Shown: in pieces, positions 23,215-37,417 of the stretch | Numbering within the stretch: the stretch's first letter is position 1 | Layout of the letters: every line of letters begins with the position of its first letter | DNA from: Octopus sinensis | Lineage: Eukaryota | Reading direction: 5' to 3' | Assembly: GCF_006345805.1 (NCBI RefSeq) | Contig: NW_021831865.1 | Coordinates: 1-63,877, forward strand | Length of the DNA stretch: 63,877 nt | The notes under the pieces: model-generated | Databases searched by the model: none | Told to the model about the DNA's origin: nothing | Seen by the model: the letters and a program-made list of their open reading frames with translations, nothing else | Program-made: the position numbers and the translations under genes

Positions 23215-24047
23215 GTATATATATATATGAACGTATATCGTATATATTATATGTTAATATGTGTATAACATATGCATGTGTATATATATATATACATATA
23301 TATATACATACATATATGTGTGTGTGTATACACATAAATACTCAAATTCACATACACACATACAAGTATATGTATGTACATATATGTGTGTATGTGTATG
23401 TGTATGTGTGTGTGTGCTCACGCGCACACAACTATCGACGTATAAGTATAAAATAATAGACATGGTAAACCAAAAATTATCCCTATAAATACACATTTGA
23501 AAAACCATAATACTTACACTATATATACATACACACACACACACTTACACACAAATACATATACACACAAGTATGTATATATTTATGCACACCCACACGC
23601 ATACATACATGCATACATACTTACATGCATACATACATACATGCAAATGTATATGCACAGAGAGTGAGGAAAGGAGAGAGGGTGTGAGAAACGATGAGAG
23701 AGAGGGAAGACTATAGCGTATATATGTGTGATTCTCTGTACGTGTGACTATGCGTAAAAGATAGGAATGAATAGGCTATTATTTTTGTTATATCATAAAT
23801 CTCCGTTTCTTTCTCCCACTTTTCCAATTTTTATTACTCAGACCACTTTATGTATTGATCAATTAACTGTATTCAGCTAAAAAGTATTTCAAAAATACAA
23901 TGTATACGTGGATACAACCGTACGTTCTTTCCTACCTACCTGGTTTTGTAATTCTAAGGGAAGTAACTCAAATGGAATATGAAATAAAGAGTTGTGATTT
24001 TGGTGGTGGTGGCGGTGACTTTGTTGTTGATAATGATGAATGGAGGG

Positions 24048-24112
<65 letters not shown>

Positions 24113-24369
24113 AAGAGAGAAAGAGAGAGTGAGAGAGATTTAAACACAAAAAGAGAGAGGGAGAAGGGAGAATATCATGGCGTAGGAAAGATTGCGACGT
24201 CACTGTGTCTTTAGTTATCTCATTTTCTTATCCATTTTTAGTCATAACTACAATCACACAAACAGTCTTCTACTATAGTCCCGGGCTGACCAACATTTTT
24301 TAAAGGATTTGGTGAGGGAAACTGAAAGGAGCCTGCCGTATACAACATGTACGTGCGTGTGTATGCATA

Positions 24370-24764
24370 CTCTTTTACTCTTTTACTTGTTTCAGTCATT
24401 TGACTGCGGCCATGCTGGAGCACTGCCTTTAGTCGAGCAAATCGACCCCGGGACTTATTCTTTGTAAGCCCAGTACTTATTCTATCAGTCTCTTTTGTCG
24501 AACCGCTAAGTGACGGGGACGTAAACACACCAGCATCGGTGGTCAAGCAATGCTAGGGGGACAAACACAGACACACAAACACACACACATACATATATAT
24601 ATATGTACATATATACGACAGGCTTCTTTCAGTTTCCGTCTACCAAATCCACTCACAAGGTATTGGTCGGCCCGAGGCTATAGCAGAAGACACTTGCCCA
24701 AGAGGCTACGCAGTAGGACTGAACCCGGAACCATGTGGTTGTTTAGCACAGCCACTCCTGCGCC
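24370..24764 (-). mobile_element. SINE family A
   Basis: Reverse complement of the A pattern with a small deletion in the head. Confidence 0.9.
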
Positions 24765-24794
24765 ACTATATTTTTAGCTTTTATATTTGTGTTT

Positions 24795-24978
24795 GATCCC
24801 TTGACAACCGGTATTGGTTTTTAAACTTTTCCTTAACCTAACATTTCGGCAAAAATATCGATAAAATAAGTACCAGATTTTAAAATTTAAGTACAGGGGT
24901 CGCTTTGTTCGAATCCCTTTGAGCCTTCAAAGTGGCGCCCCAGCATTCCCGTTCTCCAATGACTGAAACGAGTAAAAG
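24795..24978 (+). mobile_element. Old diverged SINE 3' half related to family A
   Basis: TTGACAACCGG...TTCGGCAAAA...GATAAAATAAGTACC...GGGGTCG...CCCCAGCA...AATGACTGAAACGAGTAAAAG. Confidence 0.55.
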
Positions 24979-25013
<35 letters not shown>

Positions 25014-25014
<1 letters not shown>

Positions 25015-26256
25015 GCGGTCTGATCAATAAGTATCCAGACCGTTGCCATAGTTACAAAGCTATAGCAGAGTAAAGCCAATTAGCACAGATTGGCCGTGAT
25101 CTCTGCTGTGCACTAAGTTTTAACGTTCTAGCTGGCTTCTGCTCTTTCAGGCTGTGCTCGGCAGGAAGGTGTGTAACGTGTGATCGTCGCAATGACTATG
25201 GCACATAAAGTTGTCATGGTTATACCTGCAAAGTTACAGAAAGTGTATGGAGAGGAGTTTATGAGCCGCACACAAGTGTACGAGTGAGTAGTTCAGACGT
25301 TTCCTAGACGGCCGAAAAAATGTCGAGAGTGGCGAACGTTCTGGGAGACTCGCAACCAGCAAAACTGAGAAGAATATCGCAGAAGTATGTGTAGATACGA
25401 GGAGAAATCGTCGCATCACCGTCGATGAGATATCAGAGGATATTCAGATCAGTTACGGTTCAGTTCAGTCCATTATCACTGAATATCTTTATATATAAAA
25501 GTGAAGTTGTGTGAGTGTCTGTCTCCTACGATTTAGATTCCTAACTACTCCCACATTTTGCGGTGCAGTTTAACCAAAACCGGGTATCTTATAGTCGTGA
25601 TTCATATCGAGCCCTTCTGTGTATTAGCGCGCGTCTACGATGAGTCTACGATTTTAAAAATAATTTACCATAATTTTTTTTCCATTTTAAAGCATATTTT
25701 TTAAATAAAGGGAAGTAACTCTCTAAAAATGTCTACGATGAGTCAACGATTTAAAAAAATTTACCATAATTTTTTTTCCATTTTTAATGCATTTTTTGCT
25801 GTTTTTTGGCTATAACTCTCTAAAAATGCTTTATAGTTATTTCCCTTACAAACCCGAGCAACGCCGGGCGATACTGCTAGTTTGGGTATGAGACGCGTGT
25901 CTGCCAAATTTGTGTCAAAGCTGCTTTCAGTTGACCAAAAACACTCGGGCTTCAGTTGCACAAGATCTTGATTGTTGAAACCTTTTTGAAAATGCTGCGT
26001 AGGCCTCTGAGCAGATATTGCTTTTGGCAAAATTTGATGCAGATTCTCTGCGCAGCGTTTTCTGTCGTGGTCACTAGGATAAACACACGCTACACACGTT
26101 ACTTCCAAGCAGTGCCGTAAACAGTGGAAGTGAGGTAGTAGGCTAACACCTAGTGCGCGTGCACAGCAGAGTTCAATCTGTGCCAAGCGACTACACTCTG
26201 TATGCTTTAGCTTCGATTCTATGGCAACAGTCCGGATACTTATTGATCATCCCACG
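25014..26256 (+). mobile_element. Non-autonomous mariner with both TIRs and TA TSD, interrupted by a Helitron
   Basis: TA|CGCGGTCTGATCAATAAGTATCCAGACCGTTGCCATAG ... CTATGGCAACAGTCCGGATACTTATTGATCATCCCACG|TA. N-terminal HTH remnant KLQKVYGE..MSRTQVYE..FRRF..GR..VE...RSGR...RRITVDEI...SYGSVQSIITEY|LGMRRVSAKFV. Confidence 0.9.
25486..25880 (+). mobile_element. Non-autonomous Helitron, 395 bp
   Basis: A|TC 5' end, subterminal hairpin CCCG(A)GC-AAC-GCCGGG at 25853-25868, CTAG|T 3' end, no TSD, internal ~98-bp tandem duplication (25633-25730 / 25731-25826). Confidence 0.9.
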
Positions 26257-26689
26257 TATACATACACATACATACATATATACGCATGTATGTATACATA
26301 TGTATATATGTATATATACATACACATATACCTACAATTTAAGTGCACTAATGATCATGCTCGTATGTTTATGACTAAACTGACAGACCGGAATGACTGA
26401 CAGAACGGAGGAATATGAACTCAAAGCCTCACTTTAGGGAGCAAAAACTAAATTTTTGTTAGCGAAAACCCAACTGAATTAATTAATTTTCTCAAAATCA
26501 GGTACAGGTATTTAGTTTAAAATATTTGATTAGGGTAATATTAGTTAGGAAATATGTTGCAGATTGGCCAGAAAATCTCGATAATAAGGACAGTACTTCA
26601 TTTATCCAATTTCATGTACATAACTACCACCTATCTATCTCCAGATATTACTAAACACTACCATTGTATTCTCTAGAAAAAGGTACGGA

Positions 26690-27420
26690 AATAATCAACG
26701 AAGAGGTAGACACTTGTTTTATCTACAAGAATGCGTATCTTTTTCCAGGTTTAATATTGTTAAAGAAGGTCTGAGTTAAGTAAATTCGACATTGTTATGG
26801 GATCATCTGACTCGTCACAGGTTACAGACGTAGTAGTTCTGTATAGTTCTATATAAACTAAAGTTTTTCCAGCCTTGGAGTTTTCCAAACATTCGAGGTC
26901 CCTTCAGAACTACCAAACTCCGTTTTTGATGTAATGCCAGCATTATATCTATTAAGTTTGTATTTATTAGAAACAGTTATAATGTTGGTAATGTCATGGG
27001 GTGGTGGAATATGACATCATTGTGTTTTTAGGAAATATTGTACGGTATCTTCGGTATTGGGTAAAGCATTTAACGAGCATCTGGAAGAAACCATTAGGGA
27101 CGTTAGTCTTTACTCTGCAAGAGTGGTGAGTTGTACCATATTCCTTGTCTTCTACACTGTATCCCACTGCTAGGTTGTGTGTTCCCAGAAGGAGTGTTCA
27201 ACGTCTTCAGTTTAACCCGGTTTAGATTCCGAGTCGATATCCTTTTTTATCTCAAGGTCGTATCCACTTTTCTCTGTTTTCCTCGCAGCACCTTTTAGTG
27301 GCTTCGTAGATCGGGGTATCTCTAAGGGGAAGTGGTTCTCTATTGGTCCCACCAGCATCACTTTTATTCCCCAGAATCTTTTCCCTACCATTAGATATAG
27401 CAGTATTTGAACGAGTCTTC
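26690..27420 (-). mobile_element. Degenerate Penelope-like element fragment (region between RT and GIY-YIG)
   Basis: Minus strand: IWYNSP...KTNV...FFQML.KCF...YRTIF.KNT..MSYSTTP and a later CLE.N.LVY segment, resembling the W(F/Y)NPP...KTN...SYS.MPN motif of PLEs. Confidence 0.55.
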
Positions 27421-28300
27421 CTAGTTTTCACAATACATCCACATTTACTGATGGTTACGTATTTGTAATAAACTTAATCCGTTTCGTCCATGGCATTCTT
27501 ATAACATTTCGGTTTCCCCATAAAATGTTTTAAATAAATATTACGACAACAACCTATTTGTACGTACGTACGTACGTATGTATGTATGTATGTATGTATG
27601 TATGTATGTATGTATGTATGTATGTATGTATGTATGTATGAATGTATGTATGCCTGTATGTATGTATGCATAAATTAAGCACACGGTCTTATATTTATAT
27701 TTGTGATGAATGCAGTCGAATATATGCTTTTAAATACTTGTAATTTATTTTATCGACCTCAGTGAGATAAATAGAAAGTCAGTCTCGGTGATACTTGAAC
27801 TTAGAACGTAGACTGTTGCGACTAAATTCTGAAAGGTATTGTGTTCACTGTTCTAACCACTCAGTTTGAACAGCAAGACTGTGGATGCTCGTTAAATGAT
27901 AAACGAAAACTGAGAACAGACAAACACACGCACATATGTACACTCATTCATATATGCATAGAAGGGTCAAAGAAAAAGCACTATATCTATGGTTCATAAA
28001 TATTGAAATTGCATTTATTGATTCAATGTTATAGTTTTCACTAATCAAATTTAAATTACTGATTCATTGGGTTAAATATTTATAGAGTATCGCTGAGATA
28101 TCGGAGTTAGTTTTACAAATACATAAATAAATAGTCTAGCCAAATTCAACAAGTTGGTGAATTAATTAAAACGCTTTCGAAGTCTCTAATATTTAACTGA
28201 GAATTAAGTTGTTCAAACAACAAAAGGAAAGACAAACGAAAGAGCCTTTGCGTGGCTACTCTCTCTGCTTGAAATAGCAACCATATTTCCCATAAACTAT

Positions 28301-29624
28301 ACTCTCTTGTTTCTTGAACTTCTAATATAAGGATTTCTAATATTAGTCTAAGGTCACAAATTTTGGAATGGGTTGGGAAGAGAAACAATCAATAAAATTA
28401 ATCAGAGTACTTAAATGGTATTTTGTTCTATCAAACCAGGGAAGTGGTATACCAAAACGGATCTCAGAATATAAATATACACCTAAAGATACAAACCTAG
28501 ATATCCATAAAAACTAGAATCAACGAAGAAGCATCTTTGCAGTTACTCAAGTTCCTAAATCTTTAAATGAAACCCAAGTGTCTTACGAGGGGGGTGGGGG
28601 CGAGCCACATTAGATAATGTAGTATAAATAAATTGCAGGATGATCTTTTCTGGGGCGTCTTTCATCACGTGCCAACTCAAACTCAGCTGACTTAGTGCTA
28701 AACAACACTTTCACTACCTCAACTATATCCAGTATCACTAACACCAGCAACAAATTAAAACCTGTAAAAACCAATGTAAAGACGAAGGGAAATTTTCGTG
28801 TGCGAAACCCAATGAGCTATGAAGTTCATTCGCATGGTGTGGAAACATATTGGTTTCAAGTTTTGGCAAAGGCAAAGTCTACCGTAATGAAGGATGAGGT
28901 ACCACTAAGCATCTTGCCCGGCGTGCTAACGATTCTGTCAGTTTGCCGTCTTCAGTGTGGTAATATATTGGTTTCAAATTTTGGTACAAGGCCAGCAATT
29001 TCGGAGGAAGGAGTAAGTCGATTATATCGATCCCAGTGCTCAACTGATGCTTGTTTTACCGATCCCGAAAGCATGAAAAGCGAAGTCAACTTTGGTGGAA
29101 TTTATTCGGAGAACGTGAAGAGCGGATAAAATGCCACTAAGCATTTTGCCCGGCACCCTAACGTTTCTGCTAGCTCACCGTCTTCAGTGTAGAAATCAAT
29201 ATATTGAAATTTCAAATGTCAAACAATATCTAGTTTTTGTTCAGCAAGATATATCATCAAAAGCATTCCTGCTCTGACCATCCAACCTTTTCTAGGTTCA
29301 AATTATCCAACGTTTGGTATGAATTGAATGATAATTAGCTGGTATTTCTAGCAGATTAAGAAACCACATAGAGTTACTCGCGTTGGCTCTAGCCATGCTT
29401 TACTATTTATGCAAAAGATTCGACATTATAAAAGTTAATTAGATAATTAGACTCCTTGTTTCTTGAACTTCTAATATAATGATTTCTAATATTAGTCTAA
29501 GGTCACAAATTTTGGAATGGGTTGGGAAGAGAAACAATCAATAAAATTAATCAGAGTACTTAAATGGTATTTTGTTCTATCAAACCAGGGAAGTGGTATA
29601 CCAAAACGGATCTCAGAATATAAA
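28301..29624. repeat. ~174-bp direct repeat pair (28301-28475 / 29451-29624)
   Basis: ACTC(T)CTTGTTTCTTGAACTTCTAATATAA...GGATCTCAGAATATAAA twice, nearly identical, ~975 bp apart. Confidence 0.9.
28848..29190 (-). mobile_element. Two tandem old SINE C-related copies
   Basis: Head remnants ...CTAAGCAT.TTGCCCGGC...CTAACG.TTCTG at ~28905-28950 and ~29135-29185; core AAGTCGATTATATCGATCCCAGTGC. Confidence 0.65.
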
Positions 29625-30539
29625 GAATGAAATATTACATTTCCCAGGCATACAAACCTGAAGATTAAGTGAAGGATTTAGTGCTTATCAATCAGCTACC
29701 GTTTCCTTCCTTTAATAAAAAAAAGAAAAAACTGTACGTCCCAAACGAGTATGAATTCCTGGACTGCAGCTCGCTTTGGTAAACTGTTTTAGGTACCTCT
29801 GCATAGAAACACTCTCGACCCTTACAATTTTGATTCTGAGAAAGATCTGGAAAATAACAGTAAGCACAGATTGGGACAACGTTAAAGGAAGAGCTTTATT
29901 CAGGTACTACTCTTTCTAGGAATGTAACCTACCGTTTAATGATCATTAGCCAAAATAACCTTAAACCTTATATCGCACGCCTTCATTTCCTGCTTAACGA
30001 AACTTTCTATCGTAGGTATAAGTTTACTTCTTCTGGGGAAGAGGGAAGCCAAATAAATCGACCCATCTTTATAGTAAGAGTATGAATTTTATCGAAATGA
30101 GAAGGACGAGGGTTTAAATTCGATCTCAGTAGAGCTTGAACTGAAAATGATAACGTGGCTTAATGAAATAGAGAAAGAACTTTTAATTCACTGCTCCACC
30201 GATTTTGATATTATGCACTGTCCTTTATGCTCTCAGAAATATTTCCGGAAGACACACTTCACCGTATTGCATCGTCTCCCTTGTCTTTGGCATAAATTAT
30301 TTGACTGTATTATGTGACAAAAGCTATTTTATCCATATGCTGTTCAGGCAATTTCTGTGAACTTTCATCAAATATTGACACAGAAATTCTATCCTTCATT
30401 TGCGTTGTTTATTGACTCCTGAACGCATGCAAGATATTTATACTACAATACAGCAAGAGCTTCTGGTGATAATGTTTGAAAGACATATCAGTCTATGTAA
30501 ACACATTGCTGTCGTGTTTGGAATTCTATAACCTTACAT

Positions 30540-31170
<631 letters not shown>

Positions 31171-31951
31171 CACTGGGGGCGGTGAATAAACTGTTGTCTA
31201 AATTACGCAAAAATGAAAATAACACTGACGTGTCATTTTAACAGATATATATATCAAAATTACATAAAATATCTTGAAATACTAAACTACGGCCTCCTCT
31301 CTCCTTGTTTAAGTTGGTGAAAGTTGCATAATCCTTGCCCTCACTTCTTCTTTAGTGTTACATGGAGTTTTGTTGGTCTCTCGCTCAACTGCGCCCCGCA
31401 CATAATCAATGGGGTTGCAGTCTGGTGAGTTAGTTGGCCAGATTTTCGGGGTGATGTGGTCACAGAAATTGTCTGACAGCCATAACTGGGTTCTTATATT
31501 TGTGTGGCATGGTGCAGAGTCCTGCTACCAGGCACAGGGTCTTCCAGCAGCTACCCTTCTGGCCCAAAAGCAGCACCTACCTTTTCCAGGCACTTGATGT
31601 AGGCTGCCGTGTTGAGTCTGAGGCCGTGTAGGAAGATGAATGGATGCATAACGTCGACATCGCATGATGTTGACTAGATGTTTGATTTTTTTCCCTCTCG
31701 GTGCATGTCCTCAGATTGACACCCAAACGCTCTGGAATGTTCGTAGAGGAGCGTCCGGCACGAATGCCAACCAGAACAGCATATCATTTCCAAATTTCTG
31801 GTAGAGTGAATTGCGTCATGGTGCTGTTTTTCTCACAGACAGTGCCCAACTAACCCTACTACACTGTGTAGTCGACAAAATCAAAAACAAACACTGCGTA
31901 TGGGCATAATTAAAAGTATAAAATGGTGACAATTTCGCGATCGAACCCTGT
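31171..31951 (-). mobile_element. Internally deleted DD37D (maT-like) transposon, copy 2
   Basis: Minus strand: QDSAPCHTNIRTQLWLSDNFCDHITPKIWPTNSPDCNPIDY, with 37 residues between the second and third D; 5' end TACAGGGTTCGATCGCGAAATTGTCACC. Confidence 0.8.
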
Positions 31952-32561
31952 ATGTATACGTCTTTTGCTTGTTAGAGTCATTAGACAGCAGCCAATGCTG
32001 GGGCAGCGCCTTTTTAGTCGATGAATCGACCCCAGAATTTATTTTGTTAAAACACGGGATGTGTTTTATAAAGTTTTCGTTGAAGCCTAAAATTCGAATA
32101 CCAACAGCTTATCTTTTTGTTTGTTTTATGAAGGGCTGAATGTTAAAGGAAAAAATAAGGCTTGAGTGTGGAGAAGGGAGAAAGAGAGAGAACAGGGTGG
32201 GGGAGATATGGAAGGAGTGAGGGAGAGAGACATAAAGAAAGAGAGGGAGCGAAGCGATAGAATAAAGTGTTCAGTCAAAAATTTGTTATAATGAAAGGGC
32301 TTGGAATATTAAGTCCATCACAAATTTTGTTTTTCAAAGATTTTTAGATTCAGAAAAATAAAATTAAGATAAAGTATGTAGGTTATTTATGGTTTGTATC
32401 AATCGATAAAGTGATAGCTTTTTAAAGATGATGGATGAGATCGAAGGAAATAAACCACGGGATAGTTTTTAATTCAAATTAATTTTAAACATATGACATA
32501 CGAATGATACTGCTGATGCTGATGCTGATGATGATGACGATGACGATGACGAGGAGCGGCA

Positions 32562-32620
32562 TTTCTTTTATTGGCCACAAGGCCAGTGACATCGGGCACA
32601 ATACAAGGACGGAATACACA
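32562..32620 (-). mobile_element. Short retroposon 3' tail resembling the Tx1/SINE C terminus
   Basis: Minus strand CCTTGTATTGTGCCCGATGTCACTGGCCTTGTGGCCAATAAAAGAAA, followed by a (TCA/TCG)n tract. Confidence 0.5.
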
Positions 32621-32774
32621 TACATAAAAATATAGTCTACATCGAGTAAAAAGAGGTGAAATGGTATACACAGGCTGCAGCAAAATGAATTCAATAAAAA
32701 AGAAATTCCCCGATCAGAGAAGACCTGTTTGTCAGCAGAAGACTAGATGTCCTTATCGACCCTGTAGGTAAGTT

Positions 32775-33001
32775 ATCTTCTCGAGTTATGCCGATTCATA
32801 AGGGCCGGTTTCCATGGCAAATAAATTCCCCACCTGGAGGGGACGCCTGTCTGTCGCAGGATTACTAATTTTTAGCCAACTATGTGGACTGGAGCGGAAG
32901 TGTTTTGGTCAAGAACACAAAACATTGCCCGATCCAGGAATCGAAACCTCAATCTTACGATCATGACTTCAACACCCTAACCACTAAAACATGCGCCTCC
33001 A
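32775..33001 (-). mobile_element. Diverged tRNA-derived SINE (B-related head)
   Basis: Minus strand GTGGAGGCGCATG...AGTGGTTAGGGTG...GGTTTCGATTCCTGG...TGTTCTTGACCAAAACACTT. Confidence 0.7.
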
Positions 33002-33468
33002 CTTATAGAGTCAGCTGGTAGCTGGAGTCAAAATCTCTAGTCTGCATTATGAATATCAGGGTGTGAATATATTATTGTGGCGCATTAATGCTGATGGATG
33101 AATCTGTTCTGGTGAAAATATCTCTGGAAATCCCTTGGGCTTTCGTCTTGAAAGCCTTTATACAATCATGCAAGAATGCACCTGATTTTTAACATCAAAA
33201 AAGCTTGGTACACAGCGGCATACCGTGTCTTACACTGTTTCTCTACTACAAACCACTCACTCCCAATTCAAATGCCACAGCAGCTGCATCATTTTCAAAC
33301 ACTGACCAGATTACAAATCGCTTCGGAGAGGTCAATATATTCATTTGAGGGTTCAACTCAGCCTCTATACTGAGTTATTTGCTATCGGGTAATCTGTGTT
33401 TCAGTTCTCCTGTACTGCTGCGAGGTATGTTGAACAAACAACTGGCACATTGAAGACTTTAAGTTCTT

Positions 33469-33903
33469 CAGGAGTGGCTGTGTGGTAAGTAGCTTGCTAA
33501 CCAACCACATGGTTCCGGGTTCAGTCCCACTGCGTGGCATCTTGGGCAAGTGTCTTCTGCTATAGCCCCGGGCCGACCAATGCCTTGTGAGTGGATTTGG
33601 TAGGACGGAAACTGAAAGAAGCCTGTCGTATATATGTATATATATATGTATATATATATATATATGTATGTGTATGTGTGTATGTGTTTGTGTGTCTGTG
33701 TTTGTCCCCCTAGCATTGCTTGACAACCGATGCTGGTGTGTTTACGTCCCCGTCACTTAGCGGTTCGGCAAAAGAGACCGATAGAATAAGTACTGGGCTT
33801 ACAAAGAATAAGTCCCGGGGTCGAGTTGCTCGATTAAAGGTGGTGCTCCAGCATGGCCGCAGTCAAATGACTGAAACAAGTAAAAGAGTAAAGAGTAAAG
33901 AGT
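33469..33903 (+). mobile_element. SINE family A
   Basis: Head, internal microsatellite and (AGTAAAG)n tail. Confidence 0.9.
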
Positions 33904-34079
33904 ATCCAGTGTCTTCAGAAAGTTCTTTCGGTCACATGACAAGTGATAAATACCTACTCAGAAATCTTTCATTGAAACAACATAAGCTAATCGACGAGTA
34001 GTGTCCATGATTAACTTTTACTATCATGACTAACTCTCTATAGTGTTTCGCCTTCAGAATCATCAACAGTTGTCTTCTC

Positions 34080-34400
34080 TATAGTCAGAGCTTAGTTGGA
34101 GGACCAAAGAAACGCTTAAAAAACCAGCTGAAGATCGCTTTGAAAAAAGACAACAGTAAATCTCCGAGAAATGAAGGCATGAATAGTTGATGTTCGCAAT
34201 GGTAATCTCACTGCTCCTGGAGAGCGAGTAGTATTAAGTTGATTTCAACGTTGCTAGGAGAAGTGAGAAATGTGGCAAGAATGTAAAGTGTTCACTTGCA
34301 CTCTACAACAAATATTTAAATGTCCCGTTTGCAACCAAATGTGTACACCAAGGATTGAGATGTACAGTTATCAAAAGATCTACTTACGAAGAAGACGATC
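34080..34400 (+). mobile_element. Degenerate RTE-like LINE 3' end
   Basis: GGPKKRLKNQLKIALKK...FKCPVCNQMC..RI.MYSY. Confidence 0.45.
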
Positions 34401-34461
34401 ATCGGCTTCCATTCGTTAGCATAAGTATGTTTCTGTAGGCATATGTAAGTATGGATGTATA

Positions 34462-34880
34462 CTCTTTACTCTCTTTTACTCTTTTACTTGTTTCAGTCAT
34501 TTGACTGCGGCCATGCTGGAGCACCGCCTTTAGTCGAGCAAATCGAACCCGGGACTTATTCTTTGTAAGCCCAGTACTTATTCTATCGGTCTCTTTTGCC
34601 GAACCACTAAGTGGCGGGGACGTAAACACACCAGCATCGGTTGTCAAGCAATGCTAGGGGGACAAACACAGACACACAAACATATACACACACACTTATA
34701 TATATATACATATATACGACAGGCTTCTTTCAGTTTCCGTCTACCAAATCCACTCACAAGGCATTGGTCGGTCTCGGGGCTATAGCAGAAGACACTTGCC
34801 CAAGATGCCACGCAGTGGGACTGAACCCGGAACCATGTGGTTGGTTAGCAAGCTACTTACCACACAGCCACTCCTGCGCC
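34462..34880 (-). mobile_element. SINE family A
   Basis: Reverse complement of the full A pattern. Confidence 0.9.
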
Positions 34881-35428
34881 TATATATGTATATCTTTTAA
34901 AGAGGTTTGTTGTGTAAAGTTGAATCAATGCGAGATGAAGCAATGTAAATTACAAAATGAAAAGGATAAAACAAAACAAAGCCGCAGTTTTACCATGTAT
35001 TTCTATATTTCAGGGTTATGACCCCTCATTCTGGACATGGAAAAAGAGGGGGCTGGAAAAATCGAACACTTGTATGTATGTTATATACATTTTATGTTTA
35101 CAATGGAAAGACGATAACCATCAATAAGTTGTGGAGTATATATTTTTAACACACCATTTGATCGTTGTTTCTTAAAATGTCTTTCTTTTTCTATTCTTGT
35201 TCCACTTATGCCACACACTGTTGAAAGTTTTACAACCCGAAACCTTGTTTATCGAGCAACGTTCCAGCTTTAGAGAGATATTATGAAAATTATACTCACA
35301 CGCCTACACACATGCGCGCGCGCATACATACATACATTCATACATATATGTATATATGTTTACATACACATACAAATACACGCATGCACACACACACATA
35401 TGTATATATATACATATATAGATACATA

Positions 35429-35468
<40 letters not shown>

Positions 35469-35517
35469 TATATATATTACATACATACATACATACATAT
35501 ATATATATATACATACA

Positions 35518-35553
<36 letters not shown>

Positions 35554-35608
35554 TACATACATACATACATATATATATATAAATATATACACACATATAT
35601 ACATACAT

Positions 35609-35645
<37 letters not shown>

Positions 35646-35736
35646 AAATTAGCAGAATTAAAGCTATAACCCACTAGATGTCACTATTTCGTTGATTGAT
35701 AGATGTGTCCTGGTAAAATCATACATACATACATAT

Positions 35737-35883
<147 letters not shown>

Positions 35884-36081
35884 ATATTTGTGTTTGTATG
35901 TAAGTATGTATATATTTATGCATTATATGTATTTATATATATAGGTATGTATGTATGTATGTATATGCGTATATATGTGTATCTTCGATTGTTTTTTCCG
36001 TGATTCAGTTATTCCACAAATTAAGTTCATGAGCGGCGTATGTGACGTGTGTGTGTGTGTGTGTGTGGTGTGTGTGTGTGT

Positions 36082-36132
<51 letters not shown>

Positions 36133-36552
36133 TGTGTGTGTACGTGCGTGCGGTGAAGAGAAAGAAATGTTGGGTCGGTGTGGCTCGGTAGACGGATGAA
36201 TGACTGGATAGATTGATAGATGGCAAAGTTCGTGATATTTGAAGGATGTCTGCCAAGATGTCTCTCTTGTCCTGTGTCATATTTAATGAAATTGTAATAT
36301 ATTATATTTCTGATTTTGTACTGACATATTTGTTTTATCTTTATAAATATAACTCTTATAATGTGCAATTATTTTCGGTTTGATATACCACTGTTAACTC
36401 TTCAATTCTCGCATAACCATATAGTTTTTATATACACATATACATACGTGCATACATATATACTTACATATATGGATACATACACACATACATACATACA
36501 TACATACATACATACATACATACATACATACACACATACATACTTACATACA

Positions 36553-36583
<31 letters not shown>

Positions 36584-36735
36584 CAACATACATACATACA
36601 TACATACATGCATACATACATACATACATACATACATACAAACATACATACAACATACATGCAAATATATATACATACATACAAACATACATACATACAT
36701 GCATACATACATGCATACATACATACATATATATA

Positions 36736-37290
36736 CATAACTACATACATAGACATGATATAATGATTTGGGATAGAAAAGAGAATAGACTTGATATAAT
36801 GATTTCTGATAGAGAAGAGAAACTGAGTACAGTTGTGGAAATTAGCTGCCCAGCGGATGTTAACATAAAGCTGAAGATCAGTGAAAAAGAGAATACCTAC
36901 GCTGAACTTTTAAGAAATCTGTAGTTACTCTATCCAGATTACAAGTTCAGGTTTATACCTGTAATCATTGGGGCACAGGGATGTGTGAGACACTGACTGA
37001 ATACCAATTTTGAGAAATTAGGTTCCTCAAAATCAGAAAGGAGACAGCTGATTTGATGACTACAAATCCAATCCGTCACTGGAATTGTAAAAATTTGTAA
37101 AACTTTCGAGAAGTTTATGATTTAAATATATATGAGCAAGTATATGCATGAGAAGACAAACATAAAACAAAACATAAAAAATCTGCATGTATACATATGA
37201 TAAAATTCCAACGAGGGAGCCTTGGATATAGGTTAGACACCGGCTCTTTCTCTTTTGGCGAGAAATCTTGAAATATAACTGAATAATGAT
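36736..37290 (+). mobile_element. 3' end of a second RLE-type LINE family (NeSL/Hero/R4-like) with 3' UTR
   Basis: LDIMISDREEKLSTVVEISCPADVNIKLKISEKENTYAELLRNL*LLYPDYKFRFIPVIIGA.G...KICKTF; a ~33-bp tandem duplication lies at the 5' junction. Confidence 0.8.
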
Positions 37291-37319
37291 ATAAATACAC
37301 ACACACACACATACATACA

Positions 37320-37417
<98 letters not shown>

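Noticed and set aside
25040-25055. RFX X-box-like GTTGCCATAGTTAC in the mariner terminus (and CCATGGCAAC near 12945)
   Set aside because: Imperfect matches of a short motif inside a transposon end or with no promoter context; chance occurrence is likely.
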